This document shows positions 1 to 13,961 of a DNA stretch of 64,000 nucleotides, piece after piece. The notes below the pieces were generated by a model, which was given only the letters and a program-made list of their open reading frames with translations, ran no database searches and had not been told where the DNA came from. Made by a program: the position numbers and the translations under genes. The first letter of the stretch is position 1, and every line of letters begins with the position of its first letter. The stretch spans positions 5,022,001 to 5,086,000 of the forward strand of contig OZ024766.1 of the NCBI GenBank assembly GCA_964016885.1. The letters are read 5' to 3'. Source of the stretch: Eledone cirrhosa. Its lineage: Eukaryota.

Positions 1-107
1 AACAGTTTTGTATCATAGAACCAGGGGTGTTTGGAACATAACTTAATACAGCTTTTTAGATAATTATAAACAATTTTAACCGTACAACAAAATCTGTCCA
101 AACTTAC

Positions 108-347
108 CAATGATGTATTTGGCGTTCTGAAGGGCACTGCGAGCACAATCAACACTGGGTCCAAGGGAGCAGAAGCCGTGGTTATCCGGGGGACACACGG
201 ACACGATAGCCACGTCCAGCGTGAGGATCTTGCGTCGGAAGAGGTGCGGGATCTCTCCAAGGAAAATTGGTGTGACATCGCCCCGTCCGTCGGCCACAGC
301 CTGTCTACAGTTGGCCCCCAGGAACAGGGAGTTGCTACGGAAAATAC
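108..347 (-). CDS. Acetyl-CoA hydrolase/CoA-transferase, coding exon 3 (gene continues beyond window start)
   Basis: CAG acceptor and GTAAG donor, 240 bp, phase 1-1; GIFRSNSLFLGANCRQAVADGRGDVTPIFLGEIPHLFRRKILTLDVAIVSVCPPDNHGFCSLGPSVDCARSALQNAKYII. Confidence 0.93.
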
Positions 348-617
348 CTGCAATGGGAGAGGAAGAAGGGCTGATTATAAGGTAAACTCCCGACCACTGA
401 AGGTGTAAAAAAGTTGGTGAAAGAAATATTTTTTTTATATTTTAGTGAAAGTCTTGTCTGGAGTTATCTCCCTTCAACTGTAAAATCTTAAAAAGTTTTG
501 GTTCTCTCCCCTTCTCTAGCATTGGTTTCCTCCCTCTGTCTCGCATTCGTTCTCTCTCATTCTCTCTCTATATATATATATATTTGGTCGCCTCTCTCTC
601 CATTTGGTTATCTCTTA

Positions 618-648
<31 letters not shown>

Positions 649-734
649 CTTCAAAACCTCCATGCTACCTGAAATTGGCCAACACTACACCTGATATTCA
701 CCCTCCATAAACACACATTTACACACACACACAC

Positions 735-1366
735 AATCATCATCATCATCATCATAATATATATATATATATCATCATCATAATATATATATATATCTAT
801 CATCATCATAATATATATATATATATCTATCTTTCATCATAATATATATATATATCTATCTTTCATAATATATATATATATATATCTTTCATCATAATAT
901 ATATATATATATCTATCATCATCATCATAATATATATATATATATCTATCATCATCATAATATATATATATATATCTATCTATCATCATAATATATATAT
1001 ATATCTATCTTTTATCATAATATATATATATATATCTATCTTTCATCATAATATATATATATATATATATCTTTCATCATAATATATATATATATATCTA
1101 TCTTTCATCATAATATATATATATATATCTATCTTTCATCATAATATATATATATATATATATCTTTCATCATAATATATATATATATATCTATCTTTCA
1201 TCATAATATATATATATATCTATCTTTCATCATAATATATATATATATCTATCTTTCATCATAATTTATATATATATCTATCTTTCATCATAATATATAT
1301 ATATATCTATCTTTCATCATAATATATATATATATCTATCTTTCATCATCATCATCATCATCATCA

Positions 1367-1400
<34 letters not shown>
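735..1400. repeat. Compound (ATC)n/(TA)n minisatellite, about 30 bp unit
   Basis: Reiterated tctatctttcatcataa(ta)n. Confidence 0.9.
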
Positions 1401-1403
<3 letters not shown>

Positions 1404-1715
1404 GCACGCACACACGTATCTCTCTCTCTATATATATATCTCATGACTCATTCACTGTTCACTTTGCTGACATTTGTACATTATTCTATGTACTATACAT
1501 GCACCTTTGATGAGCTGTAGTGCACCTGAACACTGTACACAATTATATTCATTGTTATTCTCCTTTTCTGGTAGTATGATAGTGGTAGTGTTGGTGGTAG
1601 TATGACGTAGTGGTACTGTTAGTGGTACCAAACCACTGATAGTGGTCTAAAGGTATGTGAACCAGACAAAGTCACCTTTAGACTGTAGAGGTGAGAACTC
1701 CAAATCAGCAGGTAG

Positions 1716-1773
<58 letters not shown>

Positions 1774-1839
1774 GTGGGTGTTGTGTATATGTTGTCATCA
1801 GCATCATCATTTTCAGTCCGCTCTTCCCTGCTTGCAAGG

Positions 1840-1871
<32 letters not shown>

Positions 1872-1874
<3 letters not shown>

Positions 1875-2203
1875 GGCACATGGCTTAGTGGTTAGAGCAT
1901 TGGCCTTGCAATTGAAAGGTTGTGAGTTCAATTCTCAGACCGGGTGATGTGTTGATTCCTTGAGCAAGACACTTTATTTCACATTGCTCCAGTTTACTCA
2001 GCTGTAGAAATGAGATGATAGGGTCTGGGGTCCCTATCATTCCACTGCAAAGTGGTCGTGGAGGTGCCACGGCAAAAAAGCACCCAGCACTCACTGTAAA
2101 TGAGGTTAGTGTTAGGAAGGGCATCCAGTGTAGAAATCAAGCCAGAATCAGTTCCCGTCCCACCCTTGCAAGCAGGGAAAAGGGGACGTAAAATGATGAT
2201 GAT
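1872..2203 (+). mobile_element. tRNA-derived SINE (family A), full length
   Basis: Head GGAGGCACATGGCTTAGTGGTTAGAGC...GAGTTCAATTC (Pol III A/B boxes), central domain, RTE-like 3' tail ending in (ATG)n; many copies in the window. Confidence 0.85.
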
Positions 2204-2204
2204 G

Positions 2205-2331
2205 GATCATCATTTCATTTTATGTCCTCTTTTCTCTGCCTGCAAGGGTGGGACGGGAACTGATTCTGGCTTGATCTCTACAGCTGGATGCCCTTCCTAA
2301 CACCAACCTCATTTACAGTGAGTGCTGGGTG
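2205..2331 (-). mobile_element. 5'-truncated SINE A 3' fragment, tail-to-tail with the preceding copy
   Basis: Reverse complement of 2080-2200. Confidence 0.8.
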
Positions 2332-2458
2332 CATATATGTGTGTGTGTGTGTATGTATGTTTCTGTATGTGTGTATGTATGTATGTATATATATATGCAT
2401 ATATGTGTGTGTGTGTGTATTTTTATATGTATATAAGTGTGTGCGTGTGCGTGTTTAC

Positions 2459-2611
2459 CTGCGTATTCTGGCTTGGCATAGGTACCAGGTCCCTCCGTGT
2501 GGATGTGGATCACCTCAACATCTTTAAGGTTCGACTTCTTGCCGTGTTCTGCCAGGGCATTTACCAGTCTCACAGGCGTCGCAGCAGCCCCATGCATGAA
2601 CACACGCATGC
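2459..2611 (-). CDS. Acetyl-CoA hydrolase/CoA-transferase, coding exon 2
   Basis: TAG acceptor and GTAAAC donor, 153 bp, phase 1-1; GMRVFMHGAAATPVRLVNALAEHGKKSNLKDVEVIHIHTEGPGTYAKPEYA. Confidence 0.92.
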
Positions 2612-2741
2612 CTAGACACCGGCAAAGAAAAGGGACAAAGAAAATATAAAATCAATAAAAATATAGAAGGAATTTGTAGTAGTTTACTTGCAGCATTGGA
2701 AGGGTCCAAGCATATCACCTTGGAGAACACCTGCGAGAATC

Positions 2742-2744
<3 letters not shown>

Positions 2745-2777
<33 letters not shown>

Positions 2778-4370
2778 CTTTCTCTATTAACCACAAGGGT
2801 TTACATAAAGTAGACATTAAGGACAGTACAGGACAATACAGGGCGGTACAAATGGGCATTTCTGCGTGTAATGCTTTCTCTAGTACAAATGGGCATTTCT
2901 GCGTGTAATGCTTTCTCTATTAACCACAAGGGTTTACATAAAGTAGACATTAAGGACAGTACAGGACAATACAGGGCGGTACAAATGGGCATTTCTGCGT
3001 GTAATGCTTTCTCTATTAACCACAAGGGTTTACATAAAGTAGACATTAAGGACAGTACAGGACAATACAGGACGGTACAAATGGGCATTTCTGCGTGTAA
3101 TGCTTTCTCTATTAACCACAAGGGTTTACATAAAGTAGACATTAAGGACAATACAGGACAATACAGGGCGGTACAAATGGGCATTTCTGCGTGTAATGCT
3201 TTCTCTATTAACCACAAGGGTTTACATAAAGTAGACATTAAGGACAGTACAGGACAATACAGGACGGTACAAATGGGCATTTCTGCGTGTAATGCTTTCT
3301 CTATTAACCACAAGGGTTTACATAAAGTAGACATTAAGGACAGTACAGGGCGGTACAAATGGGCATTTCTGCGTGTAATGCTTTCTCTATTAACCACAAG
3401 GGTTTACATAAAGTAGACATTAAGGACAATACAGGGCGGTACAAATGGGCATTTCTGCGTGTAATGCTTTCTCTATTAACCACAAGGGTTTACATAAAGT
3501 AGACATTAAGGACAGTACAGGACAATACAGGACGGTACAAATGGGCATTTCTGCGTGTAATGCTTTCTCTATTAACCACAAGGGTTTACATAAAGTAGAC
3601 ATTAAGGACAGTACAGGACAATACAGGGCGGTACAAATGGGCATTTCTGCGTGTAATGCTTTCTCTATTAACCACAAGGGTTTACATAAAGTAGACATTA
3701 AGGACAGTACAGGACAATACAGGGCAGTACAAATGGGCATTTCTGCGTGTAATGCTTTCTCTATTAACCACAAGGGTTTACATAAAGTAGACATTAAGGA
3801 CAGTACAGGACAGTACAGGACGGTACAAATGGGCATTTCTGCGTGTAATGCTTTCTCTATTAACCACAAGGGTTTACATAAAGTAGACATTAAGGACAGT
3901 ACAGGACGGTACAAATGGGCATTTCTGCGTGTAATGCTTTCTCTATTAACCACAAGGGTTTACATAAAGTAGACATTAAGGACAGTACAGGACAATACAG
4001 GACGGTACAAATGGGCATTTCTGCGTGTAATGCTTTCTCTATTAACCACAAGGGTTTACATAAAGTAGACATTAAGGACAGTACAGGACAGTACAGGACG
4101 GTACAAATGGGCATTTCTGCGTGTAAAAAAAACAGAGGATGTAATAAAAATAACAATGAAAAATTCCCCAATAGGAGGGGGGAGGGGAGACTTCGGAGGG
4201 ACATTTGTGGAGAAAGCCCATTAAAAGGCCACAGTGACCCTGACCACCAGGGCAAGTGCCCTCTCCCAGTTTTCCACCTTTAATTTACAGACACATACTC
4301 AGAGTAGGCCCATTCACTCGGGCCATACTTGCTTCTCTCACCCATCTTTCAACACAATGCTGGGAAGCAT
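2745..4370. repeat. Interspersed element with an (AAT)n end and an internal 96-bp tandem array (about 14 units, 2776-4125)
   Basis: Unit translates as a 32-aa repeat; the same element, array and flank recur at 44460-46500. Confidence 0.9.
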
Positions 4371-4372
4371 AA

Positions 4373-6105
4373 ATAATAATAATGAAATTATTGTGTACAG
4401 TGCTCAGGTGCACTACAACTCATCAAAGGTGCATGTATAGTACATAGAATAATGTACAAATGTCAGGGAAGTGAACAGTGTATGAGTCATGATATGCATG
4501 TGTGTGTGTGTATGGAGGGGGAACATTAGGTGTAGTGTTGGCGAATTTTGGGAAGCATGGAGGTTTTAAAGGATGCAGTGTCTCAACAGCTAACAACTGA
4601 TGCAGGTAGTTTGTTCCATGGAGGTTTTAAAGGATGCAGTGTCTCGACAGCTAACAACTGATGCAGGCAGTTTGTTCCATGGAGGTTTTAAAGGATGCAG
4701 TGTCTCGACAGCTAACAACTGATGCAGGCAGTTTGTTCCATGGAGCTTTTAAAGGATGCAGTGTCTCGACAGCTAACAACTGATGCAGGTAGTTTGTTTC
4801 ATGGAGGTTTTAAAGGATGCAGTGTCTCAACAGCTAACAACTGATGCAGGCAGTTTGTTCCATGGAGGTTTTAAAGGATGCAGTGTCTCGACAGCTAACA
4901 ACTGATGCAGGTAGTTTGTTCCATGGAGGTTTTAAAGGATGCAGTGTCTCGACAGCTAACAACTGATGCAGGTAGTTTGTTCCATGGGGGTTTTAAAGGA
5001 TGCAGTGTCTCGACAGCTAACAACTGATGCAGGTAGTTTGTTCCATGGGGGTTTTAAAGGATGCAGTGTCTCGACAGCTAACAACTGATGCAGGCAGTTT
5101 GTTCCATGGAGGTTTTAAAGGATGCAGTGTCTCGACAGCTAACAACTGATGCAGGTAGTTTGTTCCATGGAGCTTTTAAAGGATGCAGTGTCTCGACAGC
5201 TAACAACTGATGCAGGTAGTTTGTTTCATGGAGGTTTTAAAGGATGCAGTGTCTCAACAGCTAACAACTGATGCAGGCAGTTTGTTCCATGGAGGTTTTA
5301 AAGGATGCAGTGTCTCGACAGCTAACAACTGATGCAGGTAGTTTGTTCCATGGAGGTTTTAAAGGATGCAGTGTCTCGACAGCTAACAACTGATGCAGGT
5401 AGTTTGTTCCATGGGGGTTTTAAAGGATGCAGTGTCTCGACAGCTAACAACTGATGCAGGTAGTTTGTTCCATGGAGGTTTTAAAGAATGCAGTGTCTTG
5501 ACAGCTAACAACTGATGCAGGCAGTTTGTTCCATGGGGGTTTTAAAGGATGCAGTGTCTCGACAGCTAACAACTGATGCAGGGAGTTTGTTCCATGGAGG
5601 TTTTAAAGGATGCAGTGTCTCGACAGCTAACAACTGATGCCAGGGAGTTTGTTCCATGGAGGTTTTAAAGGATGCAGTGTCTCGACAGCTAACAACTGAT
5701 GCAGGTAGTTTGTTCCATGGAGGTTTTAAAGGATGCAGTGTCTCTACAGCTAACAACTGATGCAGGCAGTTTGTTCCATGCTTCAGCAACTCTGAGCGTG
5801 AAAAAATGTTTCCGAAAGTCATGGGAACTGTGCTGTTTTCTGACTTTGTGGGCATGTCCACGTGTGTTAGACACACGTGGAAATCAAAAAGGTACTCAGG
5901 GTTGTTGTTGGCAAGATGGTTAACAATTTTGTGGCTGTTTACCAAGTCATTTGCCAGGCGTCAGAGCTTCAATGTATCCATGCCCATGGAAGCAAGGCGT
6001 TCAGAGTATGGTATGTGTCTGATGGAGGGTATTCGCTTGGTTGCACATCTCTGAACAGTTTCCAGGCGATCAATGTTCTGAGCAAGATAGGGGTTCCAGA
6101 CTGAG
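4373..6105 (-). mobile_element. CR1/L2-type LINE 3' fragment (decayed RT C-terminus plus 3' UTR) with an internal 59-bp array (about 20 units, 4560-5780)
   Basis: VWNPYLAQNIDRLETVQRCATKRIP...YSERL...TRGH...FFTLRVAEAWNKLPASVV motifs with a stop and a frameshift; (TTA)n-type tail at 4373. Confidence 0.88.
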
Positions 6106-6109
6106 CAAT

Positions 6110-6340
6110 CAGAGCTTCGATCCGATGTCAAAACACAGACTCGAGTACCCTAGTACATCAGACCTATAGCTTCAACTATCTTTTCAAGCACGTCATATAC
6201 TCTCAGGATATGGAACATTCGCCCTCAGTGGATGCTGTCGAATGCTTTTCGTAAGTCTACAAATGTCACGACAGCCTTTAGGTTGTGTGATTGGACACCC
6301 TCAATTAATCTCCTCAATACAAGAATCACTGATCTCATCA
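6110..6340 (-). mobile_element. Decayed non-LTR reverse-transcriptase fragment (RTE-like)
   Basis: LRRLIEGVQSHNLKAVVTFVDLRKAFDSIH, matching the 'FxDxxKAFDS' RT motif, followed by stops. Confidence 0.8.
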
Positions 6341-6407
6341 GGTGAAAATGAATTGTCTTCAAATTCTTGATATGAGGGAGAAAAAATAACGATGTTCTCT
6401 CACAGAA

Positions 6408-6444
<37 letters not shown>

Positions 6445-6445
6445 T

Positions 6446-6596
6446 TGTTATACTTTGGGAGGGTCATGTTGCCAATAAGAAACACACGCACCAGTTGCTT
6501 TCACTTCAATTTATTATATATTTATAAATTTACAAATTTATAAATTTCTGGTTGGTTGGTTGTGTGGCAACATGACCCTCCCAAAGTATAACAATA
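6446..6596. mobile_element. MITE with about 30-bp terminal inverted repeats in a TA tract
   Basis: TTGTTATACTTTGGGAGGGTCATGTTGCCA / TGGCAACATGACCCTCCCAAAGTATAACAA; partial copy at about 35545-35625. Confidence 0.7.
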
Positions 6597-6651
6597 TCGG
6601 TTTCAACACACGATTTCAGATAAAGAATCTTGCTAAACAAATTCAGAAACG

Positions 6652-6742
<91 letters not shown>

Positions 6743-7038
6743 AAGTTCAAATTCATCTAAGGAGCAGGTTTGCATTTTGAAATTTAAATTTGTCCAGGAA
6801 TCACGGCTTTTGCCAATATGGGTTTGTTTTTATTGATTTATATCGAGACAGACAAACTATATTTATTTTAATTAGTTTATTTCATTCTAGCTAACTTCGT
6901 CTTTTGCAATGCAAACACTTATGTGTTTATCATATATTAATTTATATTAACTTGTATTTCACGGCTCAGAAATGGTTTTTTCTTTGAGCTAATTAATTGT
7001 AAATGACTTTTTGAGTTTAAAACTCTAAATATAATATA

Positions 7039-7079
<41 letters not shown>

Positions 7080-7122
7080 CCCATGCCAACATGGGAAAAT
7101 GGACGTTAAACAGTGATGATGA

Positions 7123-7192
<70 letters not shown>

Positions 7193-7525
7193 TTCTAGCT
7201 AGTCTGTTCACTATGTTGAGGTCTTCTTCCTTTGTATGTGTGACACAACAACACACAGACAGACATACACAAACAAATACACACAGACAGTGACATAGAG
7301 GCACAGATACACAGCAATACACACACACACAGACACAGACACATACACACACACACACAGTAATAATATACTCTGGCACACACAGAGAGAGATAGTAATA
7401 AATGTATTGATATATTGATCTGTAATTGTAAACAGGTAAACACTGCACGTGGCAGATATTGAGGGCTTCTTACAATAGAGAGAGAGAAAGACACACATAT
7501 ATACAGAGAGAGATAGAAAGACATC

Positions 7526-7561
<36 letters not shown>

Positions 7562-7648
7562 TATATATAGAAAGATATATATATAGAGAGAGAGAGGGAG
7601 AGAGAGATAGAAAGACATATCTATATATATATAGAAAGAGAGAGGAAG

Positions 7649-7711
<63 letters not shown>

Positions 7712-7724
7712 TAGAGAGAGAGAC

Positions 7725-7757
<33 letters not shown>

Positions 7758-7794
7758 TATATATATATATATATATATAGAAAGAGAGAGAGAG

Positions 7795-7825
<31 letters not shown>

Positions 7826-7994
7826 TGACAGCAGAAGAGAGAGAGAAATAGATAGAGTAAGAAGGGAGAACCATCAATCAATCAGCCATTGAAGGGGGGG
7901 GGGGGTGAAGGTCATAGAGGTCAGGTCAGTAGGTCAAGTGATGATTTGGTGAAGTTTAATAAGTAGGAACAGAAAACAGGGGTGGGGAAGGGTT

Positions 7995-8655
7995 GTGAGG
8001 ATGGTGGTGGTGGTGGTGGTGGTGGTGGTGGTGTTGTTGTGGTGTTGTGGTGGTGGTGTGGTGGTAGTGGTGGTGGTAGTGGTGGTAGTGGTGGTGGTAG
8101 TGGTGTTGGTGGTGTGGTGGTGGTGGTGGTGGTGGTGTTGTTGTGGTGTTGTGGTGGTAGTGGTGGTGGTAGTGGTGGTAGTGGTGGTGGTAGTGGTGTG
8201 GTGGTAGTGGTGGTGGTAGTGGTGGTAGTGGTGGTGGTAGTGGTGTTGGTGGTGTGGTGGTGGTAGTGGTGTCATAGCAGTGGTGGTATTGTTGTTGTTG
8301 AGGTGGCAGCGTTGTGGCGGTGTTGTTGTGGTAGTGGTGGTATTGTGGTGGTAGTGGTGGTGGTAGTGGTGTTGGTGGTGTTGTGGTGGTGTGGTGGTGG
8401 TAGTGGTGTCATAGCAGTGGTGGTATTGTTGTTGTTGAGGTGGCAGCGTTGTGGTGGTGGTGGTGTTGTGGTGGTGTTGTTGTTGTTGTGGTGTTGTGGT
8501 GGTGGTGGTGTTGTGGTGGTGGTGTTGTTGTGGTGTTGTGGTGGTGGTGTGGTGGTAGTGGTGGTGGTAGTGCTGTCATAGCAGTGGTGGTATTGTTGTT
8601 GTTGAGGTGGCAGCGTTGTGGTGGTGGTGGTGTGGTAGTGGTGTTGTGGTGTTAA
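7995..8655. repeat. (GGT/GTT)n low-complexity tract
   Basis: Direct inspection. Confidence 0.9.
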
Positions 8656-9029
8656 TGGTACACTCTGTAAAGTGGTAGTGTTGGTGTCATAATACACCCA
8701 GTCCACCCTGTAAACGCATACTGTTGGTGTCAAGACAAACAACACCCAGTCCACTCTGTAAAGTGATAGTCCTGGGACCACAACAAAAAGCACCCATATA
8801 TATATATATATAATCATCATCATCGTTTAATGTCTATCTTCCACGCTAGCATGGTCGGGTTTTCTACAGGTGGATGCCCTTCCTAACACCAACCACATTT
8901 ACAGTGTGGACTGGGAGGTTTTTACCGTGTTACCCACACGGCCACATTACAGCGTGGACTGTGTTTTTTTTGTCGTGACACCTGCACAACCTCATTAGTT
9001 TGGACAGAATACATATATATATATATATA

Positions 9030-9676
9030 CCATTATCATCACCGTTTTCTGTCCGTTCTTCCACGCTAGCATGGGTTAGTCGGGTTGTCTTGTTGTGGGC
9101 AGTGTCCGGTCAGCTGACCTTGTCTTGCTCATACGGGAACTGATCCTGGCTTGATTTCTACAGCTGGATGCCCTTCCTAACACCAACCTCATTTACAGTG
9201 AGTGCTGGGTGCTTTTTTGCCGTGGCACCTCCACGACCACTTTACAGTGTGGGCTGGGTGCTTTTTTGCCGTGGCACCTCCACGACCACTTTGCAGTGGA
9301 ATGATAGGGACCCTAGTCCCTATCATCTCATGTCTTGCTCATACGGGAACTGATCCTGGCTTGATTTCTACAGATGGATGCCCTTCCTAACACCAACCTC
9401 ATTTACAGTGAGTGCTGGGTGCTTTTTTGCCGTGGCACCTCCACGACCACTTTACAGTGTGGGCTGGGTGCTTTCTTGCCGTGGCACCTCCACGACCACT
9501 TTACAGTGGAATGAAAGGGACCCCTGCCCTATCATCTCATTTCTACAGCTGAGTAAACTGGAGCAATGTGAAATAAAGTGTCTTGCTCAAGGAAACAACA
9601 CATCACCCGGTCTGAGAATTGAACTCACAACCTTTCGATTGCAAGCCCAATGCTCTAACCACTAAGCCATGCGCCT

Positions 9677-9680
<4 letters not shown>
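9030..9680 (-). mobile_element. SINE A with internal tandem duplication
   Basis: tRNA head at 9620-9680; block 9125-9330 repeated at 9330-9535. Confidence 0.82.
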
Positions 9681-9748
<68 letters not shown>

Positions 9749-10417
9749 TCATCATCGTTTAATGTCCATTTTCCACGCTAACTTGGGTAGGACAGGCTAT
9801 CCCCTTAGGAGGGATCTGGTCAGAAGACCATGATTCGCTCACACGGAACTGTTTCTAGCTTGGTTTCTACGGTTGGATGGTTGCACTGTTGTCCAACGGT
9901 TTCAGTGAAATATAAAACAATGCGGATAATGTCGTTTCTAAACCAAACCATGTCAACTTGATATTTGTGTCAACTGACATATACATCGCTATACATACAC
10001 CAACATATATACACACACATATATACCGACATCTATATACATACACACATACATCTTTATACATACACCAACATATATACACGTACACACACACATATAT
10101 ATATATATACCGACATCTATATACATACACACATACATCTATATACATCACACGTACATCTTTATACATACACCAACATATATACACATACACACACACA
10201 TACATCTATATACGTCACACGTACATCTTTATAATACACCAACATATATACACACACACACATATATATACCGCCATCTATATACATACACACGTACATC
10301 TTTATACATACACCAACATATATACACATACACACACACATATATATATATACCGCCATCTATATACATACACTAATACATCTATATACATCACACGTAC
10401 ATCTTTATAATACACCA

Positions 10418-10458
<41 letters not shown>

Positions 10459-11056
10459 CCGACATCTATATACATACACACATACATCTTTATACATACA
10501 CCAACATATATACACGTACACACACACATATATATATATATACCGCCATCTATATACATACACACATACATCTATATACATCACACGTACATCTTTATAA
10601 TACACCAACATATATACACATACACACACACATATATATATATACCGCCATCTATATACATACACACATACATCTATATACATCACACGTACATCTTTAT
10701 AATACACCAACATATATACATACACACATATATATACCGCCATCTATATACATACACCAACATATATACACATACATCTATATATATATATACCAACATA
10801 TATTCACATACACACACACACATATATATATATATATGCCAATGTCTATATACATATACCAACATATATACACCAACATATATACACATACACACATATA
10901 TATACACACACACATACACCAATATATACACATACACCAATATATATACACACATCTATATACATACACACATACACCAACATATATACACACAAACATA
11001 TATACACATACACTAACACATATATATGTCCGTCAACTTATATATATATATATATT

Positions 11057-11108
<52 letters not shown>

Positions 11109-11214
11109 CATATAGTCAGGTCAGGTTTCTGTCTGCTGCTGGGTACCATGTAACCCAGTACAACCTATTTTCAGGTTGGGTAGTTGGTACTGTAAAAGTA
11201 CAACAGTAATATCA

Positions 11215-11603
11215 TCATCATCACCATTTTAGGCCCGTTCTTCCACGCTAGCATGGGTTAGACAGGTTGTCCTTTTGTGGGCAGTGTCCGGTCAGCTGAC
11301 CTTGTCTTGCTCATACGGGAACTGATTCTGGCTTGATTTCTACAGCTGGATGCCCTTCCTAACACCAACCTCATTTACAGTGTGTGCTGGCTGCTTTTTT
11401 TCCATGGCACCTCCACGACCACTTTACAGTGGAATGATAGGGACCCCAGTCCCTATCATCTCATTTCTACAGCTGAGTAAACTGGAGCAATGTGAAATAA
11501 AGTGTCTTGCTCAAGGAAACAACACATCACCCGGTCTGAGAATTGAACTCATAACCTTTCGATTGCAAGCCCAATGCTCTAACCACTAAGCCATGTGCCT
11601 CCA
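11215..11603 (-). mobile_element. SINE A, full length
   Basis: Head at 11540-11603, tail at 11215-11260. Confidence 0.85.
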
Positions 11604-11721
11604 TATATATATATAGAGTAGTGTAAATGCTAAAGGATTAAAGTGTTTATATTTATCTTAAAACATTCCATCATAATCTTATGTAAGAACCTTTGTTATG
11701 TTATATTCCAAACACTAGCAA

Positions 11722-12943
11722 AACCCTTTAGCATTTAAACCAGTTGTATTCGGCCAGAATTCTCTCACCTCTTCCTGTTCAAACCGGCTGTAACTGGCCA
11801 CTCATACTGATGTTAAGGTATTGTTCTTAACATAAATAATATCAAAATCTCATAGATTTGATATTATGTGAGATATTGTGTGAGATAAAGCCTTTACTGT
11901 GAAAATACAATAGTATATATAGAGTAATGTAAATGTTATGTGAGATATTATGTGAGGTAAAGCCTTTACTGTGACAATACAATAGTATATATAGAGTAAT
12001 GTAAATGTTATGTGAGATATTATGTGAGGTAAAGCCTTTACTGTGAAAATACAATAGTATATATAGAGTAATGTAAATGTTATGTGAGATATTATGTGAG
12101 GTAAAGCCTTTACTGTGAAAATACAATAGTATATATAGAGTAATGTAAATGTTATGTGAGATATGTGAGGTAAAGCCTTTACTGTGAAAATACAGTAGTA
12201 TATATAGAGTAATGTAAATGTTATGTGAGATATTATGTGAGGTAAAGCCTTTACTGTGACAATACAATAGTATATATAGAGTAATGTAAATGTTATGTGA
12301 GATATTATGTGAGGTAAAGCCTTTACTGTGAAAATACAATAGTATATATAGAGTAATGTAAATGTTATGTGAGATATTATGTGAGGTAAAGCCTTTACTG
12401 TGAAAATACAGTAGTATATATAGAGTAATGTAAATGTTATGTGAGATATTATGTGAGGTAAAGCCTTTACTGTGACAATACAATAGTATATATAGAGTAA
12501 TGTAAATGTTATGTGAGATATTATGTGAGGTAAAGCCTTTACTGTGAAAATACAATAGTATATATAGAGTAACGTAAATGTTATGTGAGATATTATGTGA
12601 GGTAAAGCCTTTACTGTGAAAATACAATAGTATATATAGAGTAATGTAAATGTTATGTGAGATATTATGTGAGGTAAAGCCTTTACTGTGAAAATACAAT
12701 AGTATATATAGAGTAACGTAAATGTTATGTGAGATATTATGTGAGGTAAAGCCTTTACTGTGAAAATACAATAGTATATATAGAGTAATGTAAATGTTAT
12801 GTGAGATATTATGTGAGGTAAAGCCTTTACTGTGAAAATACAATAGTATATATAGAGTAATGTAAATGTTATGTGAGATATTATGTGAGGTAAAGCCTTT
12901 ACTGTGAAAATACAATAGTATATATAGAGTACGCTAAAGGGTT
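11722..12943. mobile_element. piggyBac-like non-autonomous DNA transposon with an internal 72-bp array (about 14 units)
   Basis: Ends AACCCTTTAGC...GCTAAAGGGTT; TTAA-flanked versions of these ends at 39168, 49827 and 57104. Confidence 0.72.
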
Positions 12944-13109
12944 ATATATCCTCTCCAACCAGCAATTAGTCAAGTGTGGGGACTATAGCTAGACCCCCCA
13001 GGAGAGGTTAAACTCCATGGCAATAACATGCATTCCACTTCTTCGTAACTGTCCTGTTATCTTGACTTGGCTTGTCACCGGACACATAGCTTCCGGGGTT
13101 GGTGTCGGT

Positions 13110-13480
13110 GGTGTGTGTGTCTGTAGCACATAGCATGTAGTGTGTGTGTGTGTCTGTAGCACATAGCATGTAGTGTGTGTGTGTGTCTGTCTGTAGCACA
13201 TAGCATGTAGTGTGTGTGTGTGTCTGTAGCACATAGCATGTAGTGTGTGTGTGTGTGTCTGTAGCACATAGCATGTAGTGTGTGTGTGTGTCTGTAGCAT
13301 ATAGCATGTAGTGTGTGTGTGTGTCTGTAGCACATAGCATGTAGTGTGTGTGTGTGTCTGTAGCATATAGCATGTAGTGTGTGTGTGTGTCTGTAGCACA
13401 TAGCATGTAGTGTGTGTGTGTGTCTGTAGCATATAGCATGTAGTGTGTGTGTGTGTCTGTAGCACATAGCATGTAGTATA
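13110..13480. repeat. About 30-bp minisatellite ctgtagcacatagcatgtag(tg)n
   Basis: About 12 tandem copies. Confidence 0.9.
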
Positions 13481-13628
13481 TGTGTGTGTGAGATGGAGAG
13501 AGAGGGATTGTGTGTGTGTGTGTGAGCGTGTGCGAGTGTGTGTGTAGCTGCAGGGATAGTCAGTGGTGTGTGTGTGTGTGGCACAAGCACATAGCATGTG
13601 TGTGAGAGAGAGAGAGAGAGGGGTGGGT

Positions 13629-13764
<136 letters not shown>

Positions 13765-13895
13765 CTGCGGAGATAGTCAGGGGTGTGTGTGGCACAAGCA
13801 CATGACATATGTGTGAGAGAGAGAGAGAGGGGGAGAGAAAGAGAGTTGTGTGTATGCATGTGTGTGAGAGAGGGGGGGAAGGAGAGAGTGAGAGT

Positions 13896-13936
<41 letters not shown>

Positions 13937-13961
13937 AAAGGGAGAGTGTATGTGTGTGTAT

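Noticed and set aside
1872-1945. tRNA gene
   Set aside because: tRNA-like A/B boxes are SINE heads continuing into SINE body; no proper acceptor stem or terminator.
2801-3972. Long ORFs on both strands with a 32-aa repeat (also 44427-46213)
   Set aside because: Product of a 96-bp satellite that lacks stops in some frames; intronic and broken by 86-bp variant units.
11842-12915. 357-aa ORF (and 360/447-aa ORFs at 39261-40618) of 24-aa repeats
   Set aside because: Translation of the 72-bp array; no real start codon or domain.
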